Positions 1 to 8,532 of a DNA stretch of 32,000 nucleotides are shown here, one piece after another. The DNA comes from an uncultured Opitutales bacterium (lineage in GTDB: Bacteria; Verrucomicrobiota; Verrucomicrobiia; Opitutales; Intestinicryptomonadaceae). Location of the stretch: contig CAKTSY010000003.1 of NCBI GenBank assembly GCA_934613415.1, positions 325,413 to 357,412 of the forward strand. Reading direction: 5' to 3'. The translations under genes were made by a program, and so were the position numbers. The notes under the pieces were generated by a model. It did not search any database, was not told the DNA's origin, and worked only from the letters and a program-made list of their open reading frames with translations. Within the stretch, counting starts at the first letter, position 1; every line of letters begins with the position of its first letter.

Positions 1-939
1 ACTTTTGCCATTGTTATTTTGGCCGGAATTATCCCGTTTTTGTGGGCTGCCATGGCAAACAAAAAACTTTTTACAAAGCCGTTTTTAAAAAGCGCGGCAT
101 ACGCCGCAATATCGGCAACGGCAGTTTACGTTGTGTTCTACTCGTCTTTTTTTACAAACTTTTCGGGCGTTGCCGACGGCGTTTTAAGCTATATACATTT
201 TGCGGACAAATCCGAAAGCGCGGCGCATTCAAAAGAATTTTTATATTATGCAAAAATACTTTTTGGCAATGCAAATTCCCGCATATTTATGGGCGAAACT
301 GCAATTGCAATACTTGCCGTTTTTGGCGGCATAACCGCCTTTATAAAGAAAGACATTTTCGCCAAATTTTTATCGGTGTTTGCAGGCATCTATTTTGTTT
401 TGCTTTCGCTTATTGCATATAAAACGCCGTGGCTGCTTATGTCGCTTATGGTGTTTTTGTGCGTTTTGGCGGGCTACTTTATCGCCGCTCTTTTTAGCGC
501 AAAAAACAAATTGGTCAAAGCCCTTGCGCTTGTCGTGTTTATTTCGGCTCTTTGTTTTCAGTACAGGCAGGCAAGCTTTGCTGCAATACGTTTTGCGAAC
601 GACCCGCGCAACGTGTTTACCTATGTGCACACTTTAAGCGACTACAAAAATTTCGAAAGCCTTGCAAAAAAAATATTGGCTGCAAAGCCAATGGCTTCTT
701 TCGAATTCTTTGCGCAAAATTCGCTTTGGCCAATACCCTATTTGCTGTTGGAAAACAACGCACAATTTAAAACCGCGCCCCAAAAAACCGATGCAGATGT
801 TGTTGTTTGCGATTCCGACAAGCTAGATGCTTTTATAGACAAAAACGCGTATCAATTCGACTTGTTCGGACTGCGCGAAAACCTTATACTTAGAGTATAC
901 ACAAAAAAAGACCTATACGAGAAAGCAGTTTTACAATGA
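1..939 (+). CDS. Polytopic membrane protein, C-terminal part (5' end off-window); ArnT/PMT-like GT-C ('TIGR03663'-type) family by eye
   Basis: Frame +1 is open from base 1; the track start at 19 is an internal TTG, so the N-terminus lies upstream of the window. Several hydrophobic helices are present (AIAILAVFGGITAF, WLLMSLMVFLCVLAGYFIAALF, LALVVFISALCF). Segments AHSKEFLYYAKILFG and AYKTPWLLM resemble conserved segments I recall from that family. The TGA stop at 937-939 overlaps the next ATG (ATGA). Confidence 0.55.
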   Translation, partial: TFAIVILAGIIPFLWAAMANKKLFTKPFLKSAAYAAISATAVYVVFYSSFFTNFSGVADGVLSYIHFADKSESAAHSKEFLYYAKILFGNANSRIFMGETAIAILAVFGGITAFIKKDIFAKFLSVFAGIYFVLLSLIAYKTPWLLMSLMVFLCVLAGYFIAALFSAKNKLVKALALVVFISALCFQYRQASFAAIRFANDPRNVFTYVHTLSDYKNFESLAKKILAAKPMASFEFFAQNSLWPIPYLLLENNAQFKTAPQKTDADVVVCDSDKLDAFIDKNAYQFDLFGLRENLILRVYTKKDLYEKAVLQ

Positions 940-3900
940 AAAAATTTGCAATATTTATAGCTTTATTTGCCGTTATTTTAGCGGCGGCTTTTGCCGCGCT
1001 TTTTAGCGAAGGCGTGCAGACAAAATTGGCCAACAAAATTTTGGCCGAAAACCTTTCGGGCTCTAAAGTGCAATCCGTAAAAATTTTGCCGAATTTTGCA
1101 AAAATAGAAAATGCCGTAATAGATACCGATTCGGCAACGCTTACATTTAAAAGCCTAACGCTAAAATATTCGTTGCTTAATGCAATTTTCGACAAGGAAA
1201 TTAAAGTTGAAAATCTGGACTTTTGCGGGGGCGTTCTTCATATAAAAGAAAAACCCAAAGCCGAGCAAAACGCCACAGCGCAAGAAACTGCAAAAAGCTT
1301 AAGCATACAAAAATCTGCAACCGAACCCTTAGCAAAAATTGCGGCAAAAGAAACAAAAGATCAGTCCCAAAGCGAATCTGCAAAAAATTTCGGCTACAAA
1401 ATTTCGCTTACAAACGCAAAAGCCGACATTTCCTTGCTCGACAAAAACACGCCATTGTGCAGTGCCGAAATTTCGGTTAAAGATTTTTACGCAGGCAAAA
1501 ATTTTGCCGTGCAAGCCCTTGTATTTTCGGCAAAAGTAAAATCGGCAAGCACGCCCGATTTTATTTCGGCGCAGGCGTCTTTGCTAGACGACGCAAACGG
1601 CAAAACACTAAACGCGCTGGCCTCGTTAAACGGCAAAGAACTGCTAAAGGCAAACGGCAAACTCGGCAAAAATTTCGAGAATGCAAACCTTTCGCTTTCC
1701 TGCAAGGCAACCGAAAACGATATCAAAAATTTTGTGCCTTTGCGCGGCGCAAAATTTGCATGCGACATCTTTGCAAAACTAAACGCACAAAACGGGCTAA
1801 ACAGTGTTTCGGGGCTATCAAGAATTTTGCTAGAGGGCAAAAATTTGGGCAATATAAACGAAAACTTAAATCTTTTAAGCGCGCCTAAAATAGACGCCGT
1901 TTGCGAATTTTCGGGCAATATGAACAGTGCGCAAATCTCGTCGCTTTCGGCAGAAATTTTCGACGAAAACACCCCTCTTTTAAAAATTTCGCTCGAAGAA
2001 AACGCCGCATTCAACTTTTCGAACAAAAGCTTTGAAAAGGCCCCGAAAATAATTTTGCAGCTAAACGAAATCCCCCAAAGCGTTTTCAAAAAATTTATAC
2101 AAAATGCAGACTTTTCGGTAAAAAGAATGGGCGCCGTTTTCCTTATAGAACCCGACTTGCAAAAAAATTTACTTTCAATAAAAACGCAAAAAAGTTTTTA
2201 CGCCGAAAATATTTCGCTAATAAAAAACAAACGCCAACTTTTGCCGGAATCCCTGTTTTTTAGCGCAGATTTTAACGCGCTATTCCCGCTAGACTTTTCG
2301 GCGCAAAAGGCATCTGGCAAGCTTTATATTTCGGCAAACGGGCAAAACGGCATAGGCAACAACTTTTCGTTTTCGGGCAAAAACGGAGTGTTCGAATTTT
2401 CGGTAGAAAGCCTCGGCAACATAGGCGGCTTTTTAAACGCAAAAAATTTGTCGGACTTTTCGGGCAATATTGCAGGCTCGTTTAAAGACGGCATTGTTTC
2501 GCTAAAAAGGTGCGACTTAGCACAGCAAGACAACAACGGAGCAAAGGTTTTAAGTCTTTCTTTTGCGGGCGACATAGATACAAAAAAACCGCTGCAAAGA
2601 GATTTTACCGCTTCCATTAACTTGAATAACTTTCCGCTCTTTTTGCTACAACAATTTGCGCCAAACTTTTATGCAAAAGCAGCCTCGGGCAAGCTAAGCG
2701 CCAATAATAAAAATAGCGTTTTAGATTTTTCGGGCAATATTTCCGCCGAAAGTATTTCGTATACAAACGGCGACAAATACGTTATAAAAAACACCGATGC
2801 CAAAGCGAACCTTTCGGGCAAACTAAGCGAAACGCAACTGCTTGCCAACGCCGAAAAAATTTCGCTTTCAAAAAACTCTTTGGAATTTTTCGACGCTTCG
2901 GGCAAAGCCGAAATTGCCCTTGACAGCGCCGCAATTAAAAATGCCTCGGGCAAAGCAAAAATTGCGCTGCCAAAGTTTATGGACATTGCCGCAGTAAGCG
3001 ACTTTAACAACATTCTTTCGGGGCTTGCAGAAGTCGCGTTTACAATTAAAGACAAAGACCTAAATCTTTCTGGCAAGCTATTTAACCTTACCCCGAAAAC
3101 AAAAGCGGCAAAGATAGAGACTATGGATTTGTCTACCGAAATTAAGGATTTTTACAATCTAAATAAAGCAACGCTTAAAACGCAAATCTTCTCGAAGCAG
3201 GGAAATTCAGACATCGAATTTCAGGCAAACAAGCAGTCGAAAAATAGCTACACTTTAACGCTTAATTCGAAGCGTTTGGAATGCAACCACTTTGCCGTTT
3301 TGGCGGAATTGTTCAACAAGCCTAAGGGGGTAAAAAGCGCAAATAATGCTTCTAAAACCCAAACATCAACCGCCCATAGCAAAGCCAAAAGCCTGCCACA
3401 AACAACAAATTTTGCGGCCGCAAATGCAGGCGCACAAAGCGCGCCAACACAAGCTAAAAAGGCTGTTTGGAATTTCGGCTACAACATTTCGCTTACTTCT
3501 AAGCTAAACGAAATTTATTTTAACGAAAAAGAACTTGCCAAACAGCTTAAGCTTTTGGCGGAACTAAACAATACCTCCATTCAAATAAAAAGTTTGGATT
3601 TTATTTCGTGCAAAACGCCGTGTTTGGCAAATGCAAAGCTTTTGTTTGCCGACAATTTCTACAACTTAAGCGCGTTAAATTTCTCCGCAAAAGACGCCGA
3701 CTTTTCGGACTTTACCAAGTTCGAAAATTCAAGCAGCAACGCGCTTGACGGGCTTTTCGACATAGAAATTTCGGCAACGTCTAAAGCCAAAACGCCGAAC
3801 AAACTTGCCGAAAACCTGCTCGCAAAACTTTCGCTAAAAAATACAAAAGGAGGCGTGCTGCGCCTTATAGACCCAGATTCTAACACAGGGGCGGTTATGG

Positions 3901-4373
3901 GAATTGCCCAAAGCGCGCTAAAGATAGGAGCCAGCCTTTTGTCCGACAAAGTGAAAGAAACAAAGGGCATAGAAGCGGTATATTCTATGTTCAGAGAATT
4001 CAAGTTCGACACCCTCTCGTTTGCGCTGGAAAGAAACGCCGACAAAAACATAGAAATTAAAACCGGCGAAATTGTCGGCAAAGAAATTACAATTTGCGCC
4101 GACGGGAAAATTGCATATGCTGAAAACTTGCCCTTTAATTTGTATCCGCTTAGTGCAAAGGGGCGCGTTTATGTAAAGAACGGCGACACCGAATTTTTGT
4201 TTAAAAAATTGGGTTTAATTAAAAGTGCAACATCGCCCATAAACGGCTACAGCACTGGCCCCGAATTCGACGTTTACGGCAACTTGCAGTCGCCAAAAAA
4301 CAACCTTTCGGAAATTTTAAAAGACGTAACCGCAACGGGAGCGGCTTCTCTTATAAACTCTTTTTTAAAATAG
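936..4373 (+). CDS. Large N-terminally anchored envelope protein, AsmA-like superfamily (1145 aa)
   Basis: ATG at 936 with N-terminal signal-anchor MKKFAIFIALFAVILAAAFAALF. The body is long, beta-rich and N/S/K/A/L-rich. The C-terminal segment FDVYGNLQSPKNNLSEIL resembles the G-T-x-x-x-P-K motif near the C-terminus of AsmA/TamB-type proteins. There is an internal duplication of an NFGY(K/N)ISLT module. Confidence 0.6.
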   Translation: MKKFAIFIALFAVILAAAFAALFSEGVQTKLANKILAENLSGSKVQSVKILPNFAKIENAVIDTDSATLTFKSLTLKYSLLNAIFDKEIKVENLDFCGGVLHIKEKPKAEQNATAQETAKSLSIQKSATEPLAKIAAKETKDQSQSESAKNFGYKISLTNAKADISLLDKNTPLCSAEISVKDFYAGKNFAVQALVFSAKVKSASTPDFISAQASLLDDANGKTLNALASLNGKELLKANGKLGKNFENANLSLSCKATENDIKNFVPLRGAKFACDIFAKLNAQNGLNSVSGLSRILLEGKNLGNINENLNLLSAPKIDAVCEFSGNMNSAQISSLSAEIFDENTPLLKISLEENAAFNFSNKSFEKAPKIILQLNEIPQSVFKKFIQNADFSVKRMGAVFLIEPDLQKNLLSIKTQKSFYAENISLIKNKRQLLPESLFFSADFNALFPLDFSAQKASGKLYISANGQNGIGNNFSFSGKNGVFEFSVESLGNIGGFLNAKNLSDFSGNIAGSFKDGIVSLKRCDLAQQDNNGAKVLSLSFAGDIDTKKPLQRDFTASINLNNFPLFLLQQFAPNFYAKAASGKLSANNKNSVLDFSGNISAESISYTNGDKYVIKNTDAKANLSGKLSETQLLANAEKISLSKNSLEFFDASGKAEIALDSAAIKNASGKAKIALPKFMDIAAVSDFNNILSGLAEVAFTIKDKDLNLSGKLFNLTPKTKAAKIETMDLSTEIKDFYNLNKATLKTQIFSKQGNSDIEFQANKQSKNSYTLTLNSKRLECNHFAVLAELFNKPKGVKSANNASKTQTSTAHSKAKSLPQTTNFAAANAGAQSAPTQAKKAVWNFGYNISLTSKLNEIYFNEKELAKQLKLLAELNNTSIQIKSLDFISCKTPCLANAKLLFADNFYNLSALNFSAKDADFSDFTKFENSSSNALDGLFDIEISATSKAKTPNKLAENLLAKLSLKNTKGGVLRLIDPDSNTGAVMGIAQSALKIGASLLSDKVKETKGIEAVYSMFREFKFDTLSFALERNADKNIEIKTGEIVGKEITICADGKIAYAENLPFNLYPLSAKGRVYVKNGDTEFLFKKLGLIKSATSPINGYSTGPEFDVYGNLQSPKNNLSEILKDVTATGAASLINSFLK

Positions 4374-4379
4374 CTATCT

Positions 4380-5156
4380 ATGGAAAATAAAATTACAACA
4401 CACGATATTTTGCAGGCAAAAAACGTACGCAAGCTTGCAATGATTACCGCCTACGACGCATTGTTCGCGCATTTGGCAGACTTGGGCGGAGCCGATATGA
4501 TTTTAATAGGCGACTCGGTAGGCAACAATTTTTTGGGCTTCGACAGCACAATACCCGTAAGCCTTGCCGATATGTTGCACCACACAAAGGCGGTTGCCAG
4601 GGCAAACACAAAGGCTTTGGTTGTTGCCGATATGCCCTTTTGCGAAGCAAACTACTCTTTCGACAGGCTGTTGGATTCGGCAAAGTCGCTTATTCAGGCG
4701 GGGGCAAGCGCGATTAAGATTGAAGGCGCAGGCTCTATTGCCGAAAAGATTGCGAAGCTTACCGAAGCCGGAATTGCCGTTGTTGGCCACATTGGGCTTC
4801 AGCCGCAGCAGTTTTTAAAACTGGGCAAATACCGCAAATTCGGCAAAACCGAAGACGAAAAAAACAGGCTTATTAGCGAAGCCAAGCAGCTTGAAAAAGC
4901 GGGAGTATTTGCCATTGTTTTGGAAATGACAGAGGCTGCAACTGCAAAGGCAATAAGCAAAAGCGTTTCGGTGCCAACAATAGGCATTGGGGCGGGCCCG
5001 CACTGCGACGGCCAGGTTTTGGTTATGACCGATATGCTGGGCTTAAACGACTTTTCGCCCAAATTCGCAAAACGCTACGCCAATTTAAAAGAACAAATTG
5101 TTAACGCCTATTCGCAATATGTGTCGGAAGTTAGAAGCGGAAAATTCCCCGAATAG
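4380..5156 (+). CDS. panB: 3-methyl-2-oxobutanoate hydroxymethyltransferase
   Basis: 258 aa, collinear by eye with E. coli PanB. Matching segments: ITAYDALFA, ILIGDSVGNNFLGFDSTIPVSLADMLHHTKAV, VVADMPF, IKIEG, GHIGLQPQ, PTIGIGAG..CDGQVLV. Confidence 0.92.
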   Translation: MENKITTHDILQAKNVRKLAMITAYDALFAHLADLGGADMILIGDSVGNNFLGFDSTIPVSLADMLHHTKAVARANTKALVVADMPFCEANYSFDRLLDSAKSLIQAGASAIKIEGAGSIAEKIAKLTEAGIAVVGHIGLQPQQFLKLGKYRKFGKTEDEKNRLISEAKQLEKAGVFAIVLEMTEAATAKAISKSVSVPTIGIGAGPHCDGQVLVMTDMLGLNDFSPKFAKRYANLKEQIVNAYSQYVSEVRSGKFPE

Positions 5157-5673
5157 CAAAGCCTATTATGTTGCCGCTTCTAAAATTCACGGCAAGGGGC
5201 TTTTTGCCGCGCGAAACATAAAAAAAGGCGAGCGCATAATAGAGTATTTGGGCGACAGAATTTCGGCCGACGAAGCCGACAAGCGCGGCGTTGAATACGA
5301 AAAAACCGCGCACGAAACGGGCAAGGGAGCAGTTTACATTTTCGAAGTTAACGACGACTTGTATATAGACGGCAATTTCGACTATAACGACGCAAAATAC
5401 ATAAACCACGCCTGCCGCACAAACTGCCAAGCCGTAGAGGAAGAAGGCCGCATTTTTATAGAAACAACAAAAGACGTTTTAAAGGACGAAGAGTTTTTGT
5501 ATAACTACGGCTACGCTTTTGAGCACTTTTTAGAGCACCCCTGCAAATGCGGGTTTCCCGAATGTTGCGGCTACATTGTTGCCGAATGCGACAGGCCAAA
5601 GCTAAAAAAAATGCTTAGGGGCAGACGCCCTAAATGGCTAAAAAACCGCCCCGAAAACAAAAACTTAAAATAA
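5119..5673 (+). CDS. SET-domain protein (putative protein-lysine methyltransferase) with post-SET Cys cluster and basic C-terminal tail
   Basis: HGKGLFA (N-SET GxG-like), INHACRTNC (NHxC motif), EEFLYNYGY (ELxxxY-like), post-SET CKCGFPECCG. The track start at 5098 is TTG. The first ATG is 5119. Either start overlaps the panB 3' end (38 or 59 nt). Confidence 0.8.
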   Translation: MCRKLEAENSPNSKAYYVAASKIHGKGLFAARNIKKGERIIEYLGDRISADEADKRGVEYEKTAHETGKGAVYIFEVNDDLYIDGNFDYNDAKYINHACRTNCQAVEEEGRIFIETTKDVLKDEEFLYNYGYAFEHFLEHPCKCGFPECCGYIVAECDRPKLKKMLRGRRPKWLKNRPENKNLK

Positions 5674-5688
5674 AGTTTGCGCCTAAAA

Positions 5689-6558
5689 TTAAATTTCAAA
5701 ACCCAAAACTTTTTTGGCGTTGTTTTCGAAAAAGTCGGGCAAAAAGCTTTCGGGCAAGTTTTGCGCGGCTTCGTATTTAAGGGTTTTTATGTCGGCCGTT
5801 TTTTGTGTTTTTGGATACAGCCTAAGCGAATAGTCGCTGCCGAAAAGCAGGTTGCCGCCAGAATTTTCGAACGCCGTTTGCCACTGTTCTTTGCCGTATA
5901 AAAGAGGAAAGGCTGCGCTGTCGAAAAAGGCGTTCTTCTTTTCGAATTTGCGGCGCAGAATTTCGCCGCCTGCCAAATGCGCAAAAATAAAGTTTATGTT
6001 TTCGAATTTGTCGGCAAGCGCAAACGCCGCATTGTTGTCGGTAAAAATCTTGCCGCTATACATCTTGCCGAAAGGGTCGCCCAAATGCAGGCAAACGGGC
6101 AAATTTTCGGCGTCGCATATCTGCATAAGCTTTAAAAATTCGGGGCTGCTATACGAGAAGTTTTGGACGGCGTCGCACAATTCGCCCACGCCGCAAAAGC
6201 CGCGGCTTCTTGCGCTTTGCAAAATCTTTTTTGAGCCCTCAAAATCGGCGGGGTTTATCGCGGCAAAAGCCGAAATTCTGTTTGGGTGCGCCTTTGCAAA
6301 TTCAAGAGCCGCATCGTTTGCATACATGCAGGTTTTTGTATTTTGCCAATAGGCACCGTTTAAAACGCACCTTTTTATGCCGGCATTGTCCATAGCCGCT
6401 AAAAAGGTTTCCTTTTCGGTAAAATCCTGCAAGGTTTTGCGGTTTTGCGGTGCTAAAAGCGAACCCCAATATGGTTCGTTTTGTTGCTCGCACCAAAGCT
6501 TTGCCGAAGTTTTAAAGGGCAAAAAAAAGTGCGTATGTATGTCCGCAAAATTTGCCAT
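5689..6558 (-). CDS. Amidohydrolase-family (TIM-barrel metal-dependent hydrolase) protein
   Basis: N-terminal metal-binding HxH (MANFADIHTHFF), later CLHLG and FAHLAGG His motifs, and a C-terminal GSDY Asp. I prefer ATG 6558 (MANFADIH...) because it forms a TAATG overlap with the uppP stop. The track start is 6582. Confidence 0.7.
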   Translation of the reverse strand: MANFADIHTHFFLPFKTSAKLWCEQQNEPYWGSLLAPQNRKTLQDFTEKETFLAAMDNAGIKRCVLNGAYWQNTKTCMYANDAALEFAKAHPNRISAFAAINPADFEGSKKILQSARSRGFCGVGELCDAVQNFSYSSPEFLKLMQICDAENLPVCLHLGDPFGKMYSGKIFTDNNAAFALADKFENINFIFAHLAGGEILRRKFEKKNAFFDSAAFPLLYGKEQWQTAFENSGGNLLFGSDYSLRLYPKTQKTADIKTLKYEAAQNLPESFLPDFFENNAKKVLGFEI

Positions 6559-7583
6559 TACATGCAAAGGAAATAAATGCAAAGCACTGCGCTTAGGGCA
6601 ATTCTATACCACGCAAAAGGGGCAAGCCCCCTTCTTGTTAAAAAGCCCACAAGCCACTTTACGCAAACCAAAGCGCATATAAACGAAACTATAAGCCCAA
6701 CTAACAAAGGCACAACCGAAAGCGCGTTTAGCATATTTTGCCCGTCTTTTGCTATCTTAAAAAAGCTTGCCGCCGAAAGCGTAAGCAACCCCAGCAAAAA
6801 GCTGAATTTTGCGGAAGAGGCGGGGTTAAGCCCTGCAATGTAGCCGCCCAAAATTGTCATCATAGACCTGCTTGTTCCAGGCCACATTGCAACAACCTGC
6901 AAAAAACCTATTAAAAGACTTTGTTTTACACTTAAGTCGGACAAGTCGGTATCGGGCTTTTTAGACGCGGCTTTCCCCAACTTTTTTTGAACAAAAAGCA
7001 TAAGCAACCCGCCCGCAAAAAGCGCAAAAACAACAGGGTATACGCCGAAGAGATATTCGTCGATATAGTCGTGCAGCAAAAGGCCTATAACGGCGGCCGG
7101 CATAAAGGCGGCAATTATATTCCTTGCAAGGGAAAGCCCCTTTTTGCTTTTGCCGAAAACGCCCTTTACAATTTCCCAAACACTTTCCCAATACAAAGCC
7201 AAAACCGCCAATATTGCGCCAAGCTGTATTATAACGGCGTAGGCATCGGCGGCTTTTTTCATTGTATAGGCAACTTCTTTGCCGCTTTTTTTGCTCTGCT
7301 TTTTGTCTATAACAATGTTGCCTTTGGCGTCTTTAAGGGGAGTTTCCGAATCCAACCCAAGCACGCTGTTTGTCAATATAAGGTGCCCCGTAGACGACAC
7401 CGGCAGATATTCGGTTATGCCCTCTACTACACCCAAAACAACCGAATCTAAAATGGATATGTCGGTTTTTTGCGCAGCGTTTTCGGAAACGCCTTTTGTT
7501 TTAGATAAACTTTCCGTTTGCGAAAACAAAAAATTTGAAAACGCCAAAAACAAAACGGCGCATAATATATTGCGAAATTTCAT
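6558..7583 (-). CDS. uppP: Undecaprenyl-diphosphatase (BacA/UppP) with N-terminal hydrophobic extension and a Lys-rich insertion
   Basis: Canonical LGVVEGITEYLPVSSTGHL motif, VIIQLGAILAV, and multiple TM helices through the C-terminus (341 aa versus ~273 in E. coli). Confidence 0.85.
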   Translation of the reverse strand: MKFRNILCAVLFLAFSNFLFSQTESLSKTKGVSENAAQKTDISILDSVVLGVVEGITEYLPVSSTGHLILTNSVLGLDSETPLKDAKGNIVIDKKQSKKSGKEVAYTMKKAADAYAVIIQLGAILAVLALYWESVWEIVKGVFGKSKKGLSLARNIIAAFMPAAVIGLLLHDYIDEYLFGVYPVVFALFAGGLLMLFVQKKLGKAASKKPDTDLSDLSVKQSLLIGFLQVVAMWPGTSRSMMTILGGYIAGLNPASSAKFSFLLGLLTLSAASFFKIAKDGQNMLNALSVVPLLVGLIVSFICALVCVKWLVGFLTRRGLAPFAWYRIALSAVLCIYFLCM

Positions 7584-7586
7584 ATG

Positions 7587-8186
7587 CTAATAAATTTTTC
7601 TTGAATCCAACGCGCTTTTTATTGTCGAAGAATCGGCAAAAAGAAGGCCGCTGCCGCTGGGCAAACCAAAGCCTATGCGGCTTAGCTTAACCTGCGGCAT
7701 ATCGGCAAAAACGGCCTCCTGCAAATAGCGGCAGGTTGCCTCGCCTTCTATATCGTTCGACAACGCCAAAATTATTTCCGCAACCGAGTTTTTTACAACA
7801 AGGTCTTTTAGGCGGTCTATGCCCAATTTTTCGGGCCCAATGCGCTTTAAAGGCGAAAGCTTGCCCCCCAAAACAAAATATCTGCCGCGCCAAGCCCCCG
7901 ACTTTTCTATAGAAAATATATCGAGCACGCTTTCGACAACGCAAACGGCATCGGCACGGCGCGAAGGGTCGGCACAAATGCGGCAAAGCTTTCCGTTTTC
8001 GGAAAGCGCACCGCATTCGGGACACGCGCTAAGCGAATTTAACGCCTCGTCTATGCTTTGGCGCAAAAGCGCGCCAAGCTCGCGGTTTTCTACCGCAATG
8101 TTCAGGGCAATGCGTTCGGCGGCTTTCGCCCCTATTCCGGGAGCCTTTCGCAAAGCCGCCTTTAGGTTTTCGAAAGCGTCCGACAT
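7587..8186 (-). CDS. recR: Recombination protein RecR
   Basis: 199 aa. HhH segment LRKAPGIGAKAAERIA, Cys4 zinc finger CPECG...CRIC, Toprim-like C-terminal half. It sits in the classic ybaB-recR arrangement. Confidence 0.92.
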   Translation of the reverse strand: MSDAFENLKAALRKAPGIGAKAAERIALNIAVENRELGALLRQSIDEALNSLSACPECGALSENGKLCRICADPSRRADAVCVVESVLDIFSIEKSGAWRGRYFVLGGKLSPLKRIGPEKLGIDRLKDLVVKNSVAEIILALSNDIEGEATCRYLQEAVFADMPQVKLSRIGFGLPSGSGLLFADSSTIKSALDSRKIY

Positions 8187-8198
8187 AACGCAAAAAAA

Positions 8199-8507
8199 CT
8201 AGAACAAGCCGGGAATGCTAAAGCCGCCCGTAACCTTGCCCATTTGTTCTTCGCCCAAGGCTTTTGCCTTTGCTGCGGCTTCGTTAATGGCTTCCAAAAT
8301 TGCGCTTTCTACAACGGAGGCGTCTTCCTTCAAAAATTCGGGGTCTAACTTAATAGACTTTATTGCACCGTGACCGTTTGCCGTAATTTTAACCGCACCG
8401 CCGCCGCTAGAAACTTCAACGGTTTGGTTTTCAAGCTCGGCCTGAACGCCCTCCATTGCTTTTTGCATTTTTTGGGCTTGTTTTAAAAGTTTACCTACTC
8501 CTGGCAT
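8199..8507 (-). CDS. ybaB: YbaB/EbfC-family nucleoid-associated protein
   Basis: 102 aa. LLKQAQKMQKAMEGVQAELENQTVEVSSGGGAVKITANGHGAIKSIKLDPEFL is collinear with E. coli YbaB. AAGGAAA Shine-Dalgarno lies upstream of ATG 8507. Confidence 0.85.
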   Translation of the reverse strand: MPGVGKLLKQAQKMQKAMEGVQAELENQTVEVSSGGGAVKITANGHGAIKSIKLDPEFLKEDASVVESAILEAINEAAAKAKALGEEQMGKVTGGFSIPGLF

Positions 8508-8532
8508 TTTTATTTCCTTTTTTATTGGTTTG

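Noticed and set aside
1487-2089. 200-aa minus-strand ORF (and other 97-140-aa minus ORFs) inside the AsmA-like gene
   Set aside because: They are antisense to the 1145-aa ORF. Their S/F/A/L-rich low-complexity products mirror the K/N/A/E-rich sense protein.
5852-6352. 166-aa plus-strand ORF inside the amidohydrolase gene
   Set aside because: It is antisense to a CDS with clear HxH, His and Asp metal-binding motifs, and has no features of its own.
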